From an uncultured delta proteobacterium (lineage in GTDB: Bacteria; Desulfobacterota; Desulfobacteria; Desulfobacterales; JAFDCJ01), in contig CAVYNY010000010.1 in NCBI GenBank assembly GCA_963769935.1, positions 96,001 to 160,000 of the forward strand: a DNA stretch of 64,000 nucleotides. The letters run 5' to 3'. Shown piece after piece: positions 40,348-49,820 of this stretch. Under the pieces are notes generated by a model. It did no database searches and was not told where the DNA came from. It saw nothing but the letters and a program-made list of their open reading frames with translations. Position 1 is the stretch's first letter. Every line of letters starts with the position of its first letter. The position numbers and the translations under genes are program-made.

Positions 40348-41523
40348 ATGAAATATCTTACGATATTGATCGTCGTATGTTGTCTGGCATCCGGCTGTAT
40401 AACCCCGCAGACCGTCCCTGTTGGCGAAGCGCTCCGCGCGCATGAAGACGAGCAGCTGCTATGGCGCCGGGTGCAAAAGGAACAGGAGGAATTGAATAGC
40501 AGCGGGCTGTTGTACCAGGACCCTGAGCTTGAAAACTATCTCAACCGCATCGCCAAAAAGCTGGAGGCAAACAGCATTGCGCCCGACTTCCACTTTCAAA
40601 TCAAGGTACTCAAAGATCCCAATATGAATGCATTTGCCTTTCCGAACGGTGTTATTTATCTGCACACCGGAATTTTAACCCATATGGATAACGAGGCTCA
40701 GCTGGCCGCCGTGCTCTCTCATGAGATGACCCACTGTACCCACCGCCACTCCCTGCGAGTTATCCGAAGCATCGGCGATCGTCCCGCGTACCTCGCAGCG
40801 ATTCAGGAAGGTCTGGCGCAAATATCGATGGTGCAAAATGTCGCCCGGGTGCTGGGTGTAGCCGGATCGCTGGCTGTCAGCGGCTACACGCGCGAGCTGG
40901 AAACCGAAGCCGATCTGGTTGGACTTGACCTGATGGCGAAAGCAAACTATGATGTTAAAGAATCACTGATATTTTTTGATCACCTGAAACAGGCAATTGA
41001 AGCCGAAGAAGGTAAGGAGCCTTTCTTTTTCGGCACGCATCCCAGCGTTGACCAGCGCATTGGTAATGCAACCAAGTGGCTGGCCGAAACTAATACCGGA
41101 AAAGACGGCAATGTCAAAAACACGGAAGAATTTCAAGCCAGAATCCAGGCGGTGGTTCTGACCAATGTCAGCCTGGATCTCCAGCTGGGCCGGTTCGAAA
41201 TTGCCCGAAATACAGTCGAAAAGTACCTGAGCATACGACCCGACGATGCGCGAGCCTATTTTTTATACGGTGAAATCCTAAGGCAACGCGACGGGCAGGA
41301 CGATGCCAAAACCGCAGAGGCTTATTTTAAGAAGTCGATTGCTCTGGATCCGTCAATGCCCGAACCGCAGAAAGCAATGGGATTAATTCTCTACAAGGAA
41401 GGAGAAAAGCACCTGGCAAAAAAGTTTTTTGAAACGTGCCTGCTGCTTTCACCAAATGATTCAGATAGCGCATACATTCGGAGATATCTGAAAAATTGTA
41501 ATGCCAACGGAGAAGAATCATGA
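40348..41523 (+). CDS. M48 metalloprotease lipoprotein with TPR repeats (BepA-like)
   Basis: ASGC lipobox, NAFAFPNG, HEMTH, ETEAD, THP, C-terminal TPRs. Confidence 0.9.
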   Translation: MKYLTILIVVCCLASGCITPQTVPVGEALRAHEDEQLLWRRVQKEQEELNSSGLLYQDPELENYLNRIAKKLEANSIAPDFHFQIKVLKDPNMNAFAFPNGVIYLHTGILTHMDNEAQLAAVLSHEMTHCTHRHSLRVIRSIGDRPAYLAAIQEGLAQISMVQNVARVLGVAGSLAVSGYTRELETEADLVGLDLMAKANYDVKESLIFFDHLKQAIEAEEGKEPFFFGTHPSVDQRIGNATKWLAETNTGKDGNVKNTEEFQARIQAVVLTNVSLDLQLGRFEIARNTVEKYLSIRPDDARAYFLYGEILRQRDGQDDAKTAEAYFKKSIALDPSMPEPQKAMGLILYKEGEKHLAKKFFETCLLLSPNDSDSAYIRRYLKNCNANGEES

Positions 41524-42077
41524 AAAAGTTAATGCCCTTTATGACTTGCCTCATTCTTTTTTTCGGCTGTGCCTCCATGGCGCAAAACCACAGTCTGGAA
41601 AAATTACCGGATTCGAATTTTTCAATTGAAATTCCGAATGGTTGGTGGAAACCGGAACACATCGCTAAATATATTATTACGAAAGACGGGCCGTTTCTGC
41701 AGTACGTGCTTATTCAACAGCGACCGATAGATAAGCCCTTCACACACACCCAGAAAAAAATCAAAAGCGAAATGCTGCCTCAGGAAGCCGCCGGAATCAT
41801 AATTGACGAGCTGGCATCGGATCGCTATCTCACCAATTTCAGCGTTATTGAAAATGCGCCGGCCGTTGTAGACGGCCATGACGCCTTCAAGATTTTATTC
41901 TCCTATAAAAACAAAAAGGGAGCCGAATTTAAAACCTTGTATTATGGATTTATCAGCGGTGATTCATTTTATAATTTACGCTACTGTGCCGAGATGCAGC
42001 TTTACTTTGAAAAAGACCTCCCGACTTTTGAACAAATAATCGGCAGCTTTAAATTGAACAGCAACAAACCTATCTAG
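41520..42077 (+). CDS. Lipoprotein, possibly PsbP/DcrB-like fold
   Basis: FFGC lipobox; FSIEIPNGW and FEQIIGSFK; start overlaps the M48 stop (ATGA). Confidence 0.7.
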   Translation: MKKLMPFMTCLILFFGCASMAQNHSLEKLPDSNFSIEIPNGWWKPEHIAKYIITKDGPFLQYVLIQQRPIDKPFTHTQKKIKSEMLPQEAAGIIIDELASDRYLTNFSVIENAPAVVDGHDAFKILFSYKNKKGAEFKTLYYGFISGDSFYNLRYCAEMQLYFEKDLPTFEQIIGSFKLNSNKPI

Positions 42078-42091
42078 AGACGGATTTCGGA

Positions 42092-42745
42092 TCAGTAAAT
42101 TTTTAGATACGCGATATGGCCGCCCCCAAATTCAACCATCGCATCGGCAGCAATGGTTAAGCCCTCCTTTAGTTGCAATCGGTCAATGCCGGGTACGGCA
42201 TAGGCATAAAATAGCACATTTTCAGTACCATCCCCCACCCGGGTCTTCTCATCGGCGCCCTGGCAGAGCACGCAAACGATTTCCTTTTCATCCCGCAAAA
42301 CGACTTCACGGTCCTGGGTAATAAAATCTCGTCCGCCCATTCCCGTGCAGATTTCCTTCTCTACGGCGACGTCCAGGGTCAGATTTCCATCAAAGCAGTC
42401 ATAATCGGCAACCGCCACCAGAATGCCGGCACACATTTCCGCCATAAAATGAGCATCGACAAAAAGAGAATAGCGGGGAAATCCACTGTGAATCGTTCGC
42501 TTGAGATGTTTGGTCAGGGGGCACTCAAAGCCGAATTGCCGAAAAAAAGCGTCATAGGTTTCAATTCGACCTGTGATTTGAGCCAATGTTTCGCGCTTGC
42601 GCATCTTGCGCAACAACCTCCTTTTATACGGATCGAAGCCCGGCGGGTTTGCGGCCTCCCGACAACCCGTAATCAGGGTAAGACCGAAACCGACGCCGGG
42701 ATAAGCTGCCAGATAGCGTTGAGACATGGCAAAAGAGCGATTCAT
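42092..42745 (-). CDS. B3/B4-domain (PheT-like tRNA-editing) protein
   Basis: YDAFFRQFG, FVDAHF, VVLRDEKEIVC, GADEKTRV. Confidence 0.7.
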   Translation of the reverse strand: MNRSFAMSQRYLAAYPGVGFGLTLITGCREAANPPGFDPYKRRLLRKMRKRETLAQITGRIETYDAFFRQFGFECPLTKHLKRTIHSGFPRYSLFVDAHFMAEMCAGILVAVADYDCFDGNLTLDVAVEKEICTGMGGRDFITQDREVVLRDEKEIVCVLCQGADEKTRVGDGTENVLFYAYAVPGIDRLQLKEGLTIAADAMVEFGGGHIAYLKIY

Positions 42746-42867
42746 AGCCCACCTCTCCCGTTATGGTTGACATGTTAAGTAATCGGGTTTTGATTAAAAT
42801 ATATAGTGATCGTCCGACACATTTCCTGAGTTGTCTATTGGTAAAAAAAAATATGCGCAGCATAACG

Positions 42868-42963
42868 TAATTAATCCGCCAGGGCTTAGTCCTACCAATT
42901 TTTTTAGTTTTCAAAGAACCGTCTTCAGCCCTGGATGAGCTATTTTTCATGGCGGATTAATTA
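42868..42963. repeat. 96-bp element bounded by perfect 14-bp inverted repeats
   Basis: TAATTAATCCGCCA ... TGGCGGATTAATTA, with a nested CCAGGGCT/AGCCCTGG pair. Confidence 0.55.
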
Positions 42964-43107
42964 ACCAATGGCATTGTTGACTCTAAATGTCAATTCCGTG
43001 ACTGTTTAAAAATAATCCCATTTTTGTTCCCCCCTCCCAATACGGCAGGATCTCTTAACTATTCGTAATTAAATGTTAAATATTTCCAGCGCGCCAATCA
43101 AATTAAT

Positions 43108-43122
43108 TGGTATGTTTCTTGC
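43108..43122 (+). promoter_or_regulatory. Sigma-54 promoter
   Basis: TGGTAT-GTTTC-TTGC, 49 bp before the start codon; AAGGAG RBS downstream. Confidence 0.65.
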
Positions 43123-43171
43123 TTTCAATCATCGCAGAGACAAAAAATAATATATAGAAGGAGAATGAGTC

Positions 43172-43906
43172 ATGTTTAGAAAATTTTTTAGTTTTGTCGC
43201 GCTGGGAATCTTTTTAGTCAGTTGTGCCACTTTGCCGAGCAATACCCCACCGCCACCCCAGGAAGTCGTTGTAAAAGTTCAAGCTGCAGATCCGACAAAT
43301 GTAACCGTTCAGGAAGAGCCCAAAGAGCGGGTGAATAGATCCATGGAAGTTCCCAATCCTGAAGGTCGCCTCTCGCAACTGTCTTTTATTTCAAAGGACA
43401 AGGCATTTGTCAAAATTTTCTCGGGGTTGTCGGTGGCGGATGTCACCAGGCTGTGGAACGATCTTTGCGTCCTGGAGAACAATACCGACATTCGCGATGT
43501 AAATCTTTTTATCAACTCACCCGGCGGCGATGCGTTTTCAGGCCTGGCCCTGGCGGATCAGATTGAGCGGGCCAGACGAAAAGGCTTTAAGATCACCGCC
43601 CACGCCTCCGGTATTATCGCCAGTGCCGCAGTACCGGTTTTTGCGGTTTGTGATGTCCGCCTCGCTGCGCCGGGGACCATTTTCATGGTGCATGAAGCCG
43701 CTTTATGGAAATGGCCGGGACGTGAGACCGCTTCCGATATTAGATCCCAGAATGAATTGATGCATCTTTTGCGGGATCGCTACATCGGCAAACTGGCGAT
43801 GAATTCGAAACTGGATAAAGCCAAGTGGGAAACGTTGGAAACCAAGACCACCTGGTTTAGCGCCGAAAAAGCCAAGGATTGGGGACTGGTGGACAGCATA
43901 GAATAG
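43172..43906 (+). CDS. ClpP/S14-family protease with lipoprotein signal peptide
   Basis: MFRKFFSFVALGIFLVSC lipobox, Pro-rich linker, INSPGG, IASAA, FMVH, WFSAEKAKDWGLVD. Confidence 0.85.
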   Translation: MFRKFFSFVALGIFLVSCATLPSNTPPPPQEVVVKVQAADPTNVTVQEEPKERVNRSMEVPNPEGRLSQLSFISKDKAFVKIFSGLSVADVTRLWNDLCVLENNTDIRDVNLFINSPGGDAFSGLALADQIERARRKGFKITAHASGIIASAAVPVFAVCDVRLAAPGTIFMVHEAALWKWPGRETASDIRSQNELMHLLRDRYIGKLAMNSKLDKAKWETLETKTTWFSAEKAKDWGLVDSIE

Positions 43907-44013
43907 GCGCCAAAAATCCGTTGTCTTCGCAAAGCTGCGTGCCCTAACCGACTCAAATTACTCTCCGGCTATATTCTGAATCTGATTCTCAGCGCGTCGC
44001 ATTGTTGCTCGTC

Positions 44014-44057
44014 GCAAGGCCGTTAAGGTTAAAAACACTTTAACGGCCTTGCTTTTT
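44014..44057 (+). terminator. Intrinsic terminator
   Basis: GCAAGGCCGTTAA...TTAACGGCCTTGC followed by TTTTT, between convergent genes. Confidence 0.65.
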
Positions 44058-44060
44058 GGA

Positions 44061-45446
44061 TCACGGAAACATTTTTCCGGGGTTCAGAATACCGTTGGGA
44101 TCAAACAATGTTTTGACACGCCGCATCCACGCCAGGCTGGAGCCGTGCTCGGCGACCATGAATTTCCGTTTCCCCAAGCCGATACCATGCTCCCCGGTAG
44201 CAGTGCCCCCCAGCTCAAGAGATCTTGCAACCAGACGCTCAACGATCTGTTCGATCTGGTCCCATTGTCTGCGGTCGCCTTTTTTGCCCATGATATTAAA
44301 ATGCACATTGCCGTTGCCGGCGTGGCTGATAAAATAGGTCGCCAGATGGGTGCCCGTCATTTCTTCATCGATGGCGCGGATCAATTCCGCGAAGGCGCTT
44401 ATGGGCACCGCCACGTCCACCACCAAAATACGGCTGTCCGGATGATTGCGTATAATCATCTCCCCCAAATCATGCCGGGCCTTGAAGATTCGATCTCTTT
44501 CCGGTCTTCCTAAACCCGGCGCAAACCTTGCGCACCCTTCCGCGCTGCAGATTTCCTTTGCCATTTCCAGCACTTCCGCCAGCTGGCTGGTAGTGGAACC
44601 GTGAAACTCCATAAAAATTGTCGGGGCAACATTTAATGCCAGCCCTTGTTCCCGGTTCATCAGTTCGATGCATTCCGGGCCCAGCAATTCCAGGGCGGCC
44701 GGGTTCAATCCCCCGCGCATAACCTCAAAAACTGCTTTGCCGGCCGCGGCGACGGTCGAAAAAGTCGCAATGGCGGCCGAAAACTCCGCCGGCAGACCCA
44801 CCAGCCGCACCGTGGCTCCCGCCACAATTCCCAGGGTCCCCTCGGATCCAACCAACAATCGAATCAAATCATACCCCGAAGATGTTTTGCTGGCACGGGT
44901 GCCCAGCTCAATGATCTCACCATTGGCCAGAACAACGGACAAGCGCAATACATAATCCTTGGTTGACCCGTAATAAATGGTTCGGGTGCCGCTGGCGTTG
45001 TTTCCGATCATGCCGCCGATGGTGGCCCGTGCGCCGGGATCCGGCGGAAAAAACAGGCCGGTATGCTTGAGCTTTTCATTTAAATCCTGATAAACCACTC
45101 CCGGTTCCACATCGGCCTGAAAGTCCTCGCTTCTGACGTCCAGAATACGATTCATCATAGAAAAATCCAGCACGAGGCCGCCTTTTATCGGAATCGGATT
45201 GCCTTCCAGACTCGACCCGGAGCCCCAGCCGGTAATCGGAATCAGATGCGCATTGGCATATTTTAATATTTCTGCCACCTCCATAGGGGACATCGGCCAG
45301 ATAACGGCTTCCGGCCTGTGGGCTGGATGCCGGGACTGGTCCCGGGCATGCAAATCAAGAACCGACTCCCCGGTAGAAAAGCGATCCGGCGCCACCAAAG
45401 CCTGAAGCTGTTTAATATGGGTTTCATCGAGCGAATTGAATTTCAA
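44061..45446 (-). CDS. FAD-linked oxidase (GlcD/D-lactate dehydrogenase family)
   Basis: FFPPDPGA, TIGGM, GSEGTLG, HAGNGNVH, GEHGIG, FDPNGILNPGK; TTG start with GGAGG RBS. Confidence 0.92.
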   Translation of the reverse strand: MKFNSLDETHIKQLQALVAPDRFSTGESVLDLHARDQSRHPAHRPEAVIWPMSPMEVAEILKYANAHLIPITGWGSGSSLEGNPIPIKGGLVLDFSMMNRILDVRSEDFQADVEPGVVYQDLNEKLKHTGLFFPPDPGARATIGGMIGNNASGTRTIYYGSTKDYVLRLSVVLANGEIIELGTRASKTSSGYDLIRLLVGSEGTLGIVAGATVRLVGLPAEFSAAIATFSTVAAAGKAVFEVMRGGLNPAALELLGPECIELMNREQGLALNVAPTIFMEFHGSTTSQLAEVLEMAKEICSAEGCARFAPGLGRPERDRIFKARHDLGEMIIRNHPDSRILVVDVAVPISAFAELIRAIDEEMTGTHLATYFISHAGNGNVHFNIMGKKGDRRQWDQIEQIVERLVARSLELGGTATGEHGIGLGKRKFMVAEHGSSLAWMRRVKTLFDPNGILNPGKMFP

Positions 45447-45751
45447 TTTGACCTCCGTGGCAAAGTTATAAATAAAATTTATGACCTGTTGCTTTACACC
45501 ATAATAACCGGGCGGAAAAGGATTTTATTTTCTAAAATGCTGCCGGAATAACAATTAAGCAAATCCTGAATTCATTAATTCTTGACTTCAGAAGACAACC
45601 TATTATAAAAAATAGCTTCAAAATTAAAAAATGAATTGTGTTCAGCAATATTCAACAATCAACTAAAAATTCTGAATATTCGGAATGTTTATCGTTTTTT
45701 CTGGAAGGGGACGATTTTATTTTTTCTTAATCCAAAAATGGAGGAACAGCT

Positions 45752-47038
45752 ATGAACATCAAGCGATTGACAAATGGCAACATCGACCGCAGGGCTTTTC
45801 TAAAACTCGCGGGTGCCGCCGGTCTGGGAGTTACGGTATCCGCCTTTGGTGTTCCCACGTTGCTGCGGGCAGAACCTCAGCCCATCAAAATTGGATCCAT
45901 TCAACCGGCAACCGGACCGCTGGCGGTGATCGGCCAGGGACAGCGTCGCGGCAACCAGTTGGCGGTGGAGTATATCAACGCCAAAGGAGGTATAAAATCC
46001 CTGGGAGGCGCCAAACTCGACCTGATATTAGGAGACAGTGAAAGCAAAGCAGAGGTGGGTCGTTCCGAAGCCGATCGCCTTATCAATGATGGATCCGTGA
46101 TGCTGGTGGGCGCCTTTCAAAGCGGGGTTTCCATGGCGATTGCAACCCTGGCCGAACAGCGGCAGATTCCCTTTGTGATGGATGTGGCCGCCCTGGATGA
46201 CATCACGCAGAAAGGCTACAAGTACACCTTCCGAATATTTCCGACCGTCACCACATTTGGTGAGACCGCCGTCAAATATGTCGCACAAATTATTAAAGAA
46301 AAAAACGTACAGCCCAAGCGGGCCGTGGTCACCAACACCGGCGATCCCTTCGGCAAGGGCCAGGGCGCCAATTTCATCAAATGGTTCAATAAAGGCGGAC
46401 TGGGCATCGAAATAGTGGAGCACATCACCTATCCGCTGGGTATTCAGGATCTTTCGGCGGAAGTCGCCAAAATCAAGTCGGCCAAACCGGATCTGCTCTT
46501 TCCGGTATGCCGGCCGGGAGATTCCATAATTCTCACCCGCGAATTGGTCAAGCAGCGCGTTCCCCTGATGGGAATCATCAGCCCCGGCAGTCCCGGCTGG
46601 TACGAACCGAAAGTCATTCAGGATCTGGACAAACTGGTCTATTACGTCATGGACAACGTGCCCTGGGTTAATCCCAGGAGCCCGGTGTACCAGGAAGCCA
46701 ACGCGCTTTTCCAGAAAAAATACGGCACCTATCTGGACACCAATTCCGGTTATGCTTACACCGGCATCCTGGTTATGGCCGATGCGCTGGAACGGGCCGG
46801 CAGCACCGAACCGGAAAAAATTCTGGCGGCTCTTAAAACAACGGATTTTAAAGATCATCCCATGGTCGGCGACGCCGTCAAATTTGCGGCAAACGGCGAC
46901 AACATCAATGCGGCCACCGCTATGGTGCAGGTTCTGCCGGATCCTGATTTCAAAAAACGCGTCAAAGTAATTTTGCCGAAGAAATTTGCCGAAGCCGATT
47001 ATGTTTTTCCGGCCCCGCAGCTCTGGGAAAGAGGATAA
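45752..47038 (+). CDS. Liv-type ABC substrate-binding protein with Tat signal
   Basis: DRRAFLK twin-arginine motif; IKIGSIQPATGPLA, INAKGGI. Confidence 0.9.
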   Translation: MNIKRLTNGNIDRRAFLKLAGAAGLGVTVSAFGVPTLLRAEPQPIKIGSIQPATGPLAVIGQGQRRGNQLAVEYINAKGGIKSLGGAKLDLILGDSESKAEVGRSEADRLINDGSVMLVGAFQSGVSMAIATLAEQRQIPFVMDVAALDDITQKGYKYTFRIFPTVTTFGETAVKYVAQIIKEKNVQPKRAVVTNTGDPFGKGQGANFIKWFNKGGLGIEIVEHITYPLGIQDLSAEVAKIKSAKPDLLFPVCRPGDSIILTRELVKQRVPLMGIISPGSPGWYEPKVIQDLDKLVYYVMDNVPWVNPRSPVYQEANALFQKKYGTYLDTNSGYAYTGILVMADALERAGSTEPEKILAALKTTDFKDHPMVGDAVKFAANGDNINAATAMVQVLPDPDFKKRVKVILPKKFAEADYVFPAPQLWERG

Positions 47039-47907
47039 TGGATTCAACCCTCGCGTTGCAGCTGGTCGTCCAGGGAATTTTGCTGGGAGGGATCTATGGT
47101 TTGATCGCCCTGGGTCTCTCCCTGATTTTTGGCGTGATGGGGGTTATCAATTTCGCCCATGGTCAGATGATAGTGATGGGCATGTATGTTTCCTACTGGA
47201 TTTTCGTCCTGCTCGGCATCGATCCTTATCTGTCGCTGGTTATTGTGGCGGCCGTCATCTTCGTTCTGGGGTATGCAATTCAATCGACGCTGGTAAACCG
47301 CATATTGGACTACCCCGAAGCCATGCAGGTCCTGCCTCTGGTGTCACTCGGACTGATCCTGGAAAACACGGCCTTGTTGTTCTGGGGGCCGGATCCTCGC
47401 AGTCCCCAGACCGCTCTCAGCTTGAATACTTTTTGGATCGGATCCGTTATGGTCGATGTTTCACGCCTGATCGCCTTTGTTGTGGCCATTGTCATTACGA
47501 TCTTCATTTTTCTCTTTTTAAAAAAAACCACTGCCGGCAAACGCATCCGGGCCGCAGCCGACAACCGCACCGGGGCCATTCTGGTGGGAATTAATGTAAC
47601 CCGCACTTATAACATCTCTTTTGCCATCGGAGCGGCCACCACCGGAGCGGCCGGCGCCCTGCTGCTGCCGCTGATGCCGATCTCGCCGAACATCGGTCAT
47701 GATTTCACCTTGACCGCCTTTGTCGTCGTCATCCTCGGCGGCATGGGCAACCTGCTGGGAGCCCTGGTGGGCGGCCTGATTCTGGGCTTGGCCGAATCGT
47801 TGGCCACACTTTTTCTGCCGGCCACCCTTAAACAGGTGGTAAGTTTCAGTTTTCTGATAATCATTATGCTGTTCCGACCGCAGGGCATCCTGGGGGGCCG
47901 CAAATGA
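47038..47907 (+). CDS. livH: Branched-chain amino acid ABC permease (LivH-like)
   Basis: ALGLSLIFGVMGVINFAHG, AFVVVILGGMG. Confidence 0.85.
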   Translation: MDSTLALQLVVQGILLGGIYGLIALGLSLIFGVMGVINFAHGQMIVMGMYVSYWIFVLLGIDPYLSLVIVAAVIFVLGYAIQSTLVNRILDYPEAMQVLPLVSLGLILENTALLFWGPDPRSPQTALSLNTFWIGSVMVDVSRLIAFVVAIVITIFIFLFLKKTTAGKRIRAAADNRTGAILVGINVTRTYNISFAIGAATTGAAGALLLPLMPISPNIGHDFTLTAFVVVILGGMGNLLGALVGGLILGLAESLATLFLPATLKQVVSFSFLIIIMLFRPQGILGGRK

Positions 47908-48878
47908 CCCGATCATACATTTTTTTGGCAGCCCTCCTGCTGGTGTTGCTGGCACTTCCCCTGTTGCTGGATAAATACATCCTGGGCATTTTTGTAATGA
48001 TTTACTACTATGCCTACCTGGGGCAGTCCTGGAACGTGCTGACCGGTTATACCGGCCATATTTCTCTGGGGCACGCGCTTTACCTTGGCATCGGCGCTTA
48101 CACGTCCACCTACCTGGCTCTGGCTTTTGGATTAAGTCCCTGGGTCGGGATGCTTGTGGGCGGGCTGCTGGCGTCAGCCATATCCCTGCTTCTTGGGTTT
48201 CTGGGGTTTCGATTTGGGATTCGGGGGGTATACTTTGTCATCATGACCATCGCGTTTGCCGAAATAGCTCGCTTAATCGTATCTCACATCGATGCCCTCG
48301 GGTCATTCTCCGGCATATTTCTCGACTTTAACCCGTCTTTTAGGAACTTTCAGTTTAGAGGAAATTTGCCCTATTACTATATCTCGCTCGGGTTTATGGT
48401 TTTTTCACTTATAACCGTGCGCCTGCTGGAAGTCTCAAAACCGGGCCGTTTCATGGTGGCGATTAGAGAAGATGAGGAAGCCGCCCAGTCACTAGGGGTA
48501 AATACATTTAAATACAATATGATCGCCATTTCCATCAGTGCGTTTATGACTGCTTTGGCCGGTACATTTTATGCCAACTATATTTTTTATCTGCATCCGA
48601 ACACCCTGTTTGGCATGTCGACCAGTATCGAACTGATCCTGAGACCGATTGTCGGCGGATTGGGAACCATCTTCGGTCCGGCAATCGGTTCTTTTGTTTT
48701 AACGCCCCTGTCCGAAATATCACGAGCTTACTTTGCCAAGGGCGGCTTGGAAGGTCTGCACCTCATACTATACGGAATTCTGACTATTCTGGTCGTCCTT
48801 TTTATGCCCCGGGGAATTATTGTTTATGTGAAGCGGCTCTTAAAACCGATCCTGCAGCCGGAGGGGGACAAGGGATAG
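47904..48878 (+). CDS. livM: Branched-chain amino acid ABC permease (LivM-like)
   Basis: GYTGHISLGH, AIREDEEAA, GGLGTIFGP. Confidence 0.85.
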   Translation: MTRSYIFLAALLLVLLALPLLLDKYILGIFVMIYYYAYLGQSWNVLTGYTGHISLGHALYLGIGAYTSTYLALAFGLSPWVGMLVGGLLASAISLLLGFLGFRFGIRGVYFVIMTIAFAEIARLIVSHIDALGSFSGIFLDFNPSFRNFQFRGNLPYYYISLGFMVFSLITVRLLEVSKPGRFMVAIREDEEAAQSLGVNTFKYNMIAISISAFMTALAGTFYANYIFYLHPNTLFGMSTSIELILRPIVGGLGTIFGPAIGSFVLTPLSEISRAYFAKGGLEGLHLILYGILTILVVLFMPRGIIVYVKRLLKPILQPEGDKG

Positions 48879-48880
48879 AT

Positions 48881-48975
48881 GGAGGTTTGAGGTTGGAGGC
48901 TGGAGGCAAACGAGCACGCAGCCTGGAGCGTGGATAATAATTTGATAAAATCCTACTTTGCCTATAGCCTAAAGC
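48881..48975. repeat. Heptamer repeat array with complementary partner
   Basis: GGAGGTT TGAGGTT GGAGGCT GGAGGCA ... TGCCTAT AGCCTAA AGC, within a 210-bp intra-operon gap. Confidence 0.55.
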
Positions 48976-49088
48976 GAAGCGCTCTTAAAGTGAGGCGCTC
49001 CGCTATCATCGCATGCGATTTCGGCGACACAAGTGTTTCGAACTGCAATATCAGAAACTAAAGCAACAAATTGGTATAAAGGAATTTC

Positions 49089-49820
49089 GTGTCCATTTTA
49101 TCAGCCAACAGACTAACCAAGAGCTTCGGCGGCCTTATGGCGGTGGGCAATCTTTCCTTTGAATTGCAGAGGGGGGAAGTTCTGGGACTGATCGGCCCGA
49201 ACGGAGCGGGCAAGACGACTGTTTTTAACTGCTTGAGCGGCTTTATGCCACCGGATGAGGGTGACATCTATTTTGAAAAAAAGGCGCTGCGTGGTTTACA
49301 GCCCTTTCAGATCTGTCAATTGGGCATGGCCCGGACTTTTCAGATCGTCAAACCGTTTCCGACAATTTCGGTGCTGGACAACGTGATGGTCGGCGCGCTT
49401 TCCCAGGAGAAATCAACTGCCGGAGCCACCAAGAAATCTCTGGAAATCATCGATTTTTTTGGTCTAGCCAAGTCGACCCACACCGAAGCTCAGAAACTGC
49501 CGCTGCCTCTGAGGAAACGCCTGGAAATTGCCAGGGCCCTGGCCACCCGGCCGAAGGTTCTGCTGCTGGATGAAGTGATGGCGGGCTTGAATCCCACCGA
49601 AGTGGACGCCCTGATTGCACTTTTAAAGGAAGTCAACCGTCAGGGCATCAGCATCTTATTGATTGAGCACGTGATGAGAGGTGTTATGGCCCTGTCTCAG
49701 AGAGTGATCGTAATCAATTACGGCGTCAAAATCGCTGAAGGGGAACCTGAAAAAGTTGTCCAAGACAAAGAAGTAATCGAAGCCTATCTGGGTAAGGAGT
49801 TTTTGAGTGCTCAAGGTTAG
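49089..49820 (+). CDS. livG: ABC ATP-binding protein (LivG-like)
   Basis: GPNGAGKT, ARTFQ, LLLDE. Confidence 0.88.
   Translation: MSILSANRLTKSFGGLMAVGNLSFELQRGEVLGLIGPNGAGKTTVFNCLSGFMPPDEGDIYFEKKALRGLQPFQICQLGMARTFQIVKPFPTISVLDNVMVGALSQEKSTAGATKKSLEIIDFFGLAKSTHTEAQKLPLPLRKRLEIARALATRPKVLLLDEVMAGLNPTEVDALIALLKEVNRQGISILLIEHVMRGVMALSQRVIVINYGVKIAEGEPEKVVQDKEVIEAYLGKEFLSAQG

Noticed and set aside
43905..43970. c-di-GMP-I riboswitch (GCAAAGC...CTAA)
   Set aside because: No GAAA tetraloop stem, and it lies between convergent 3' ends.
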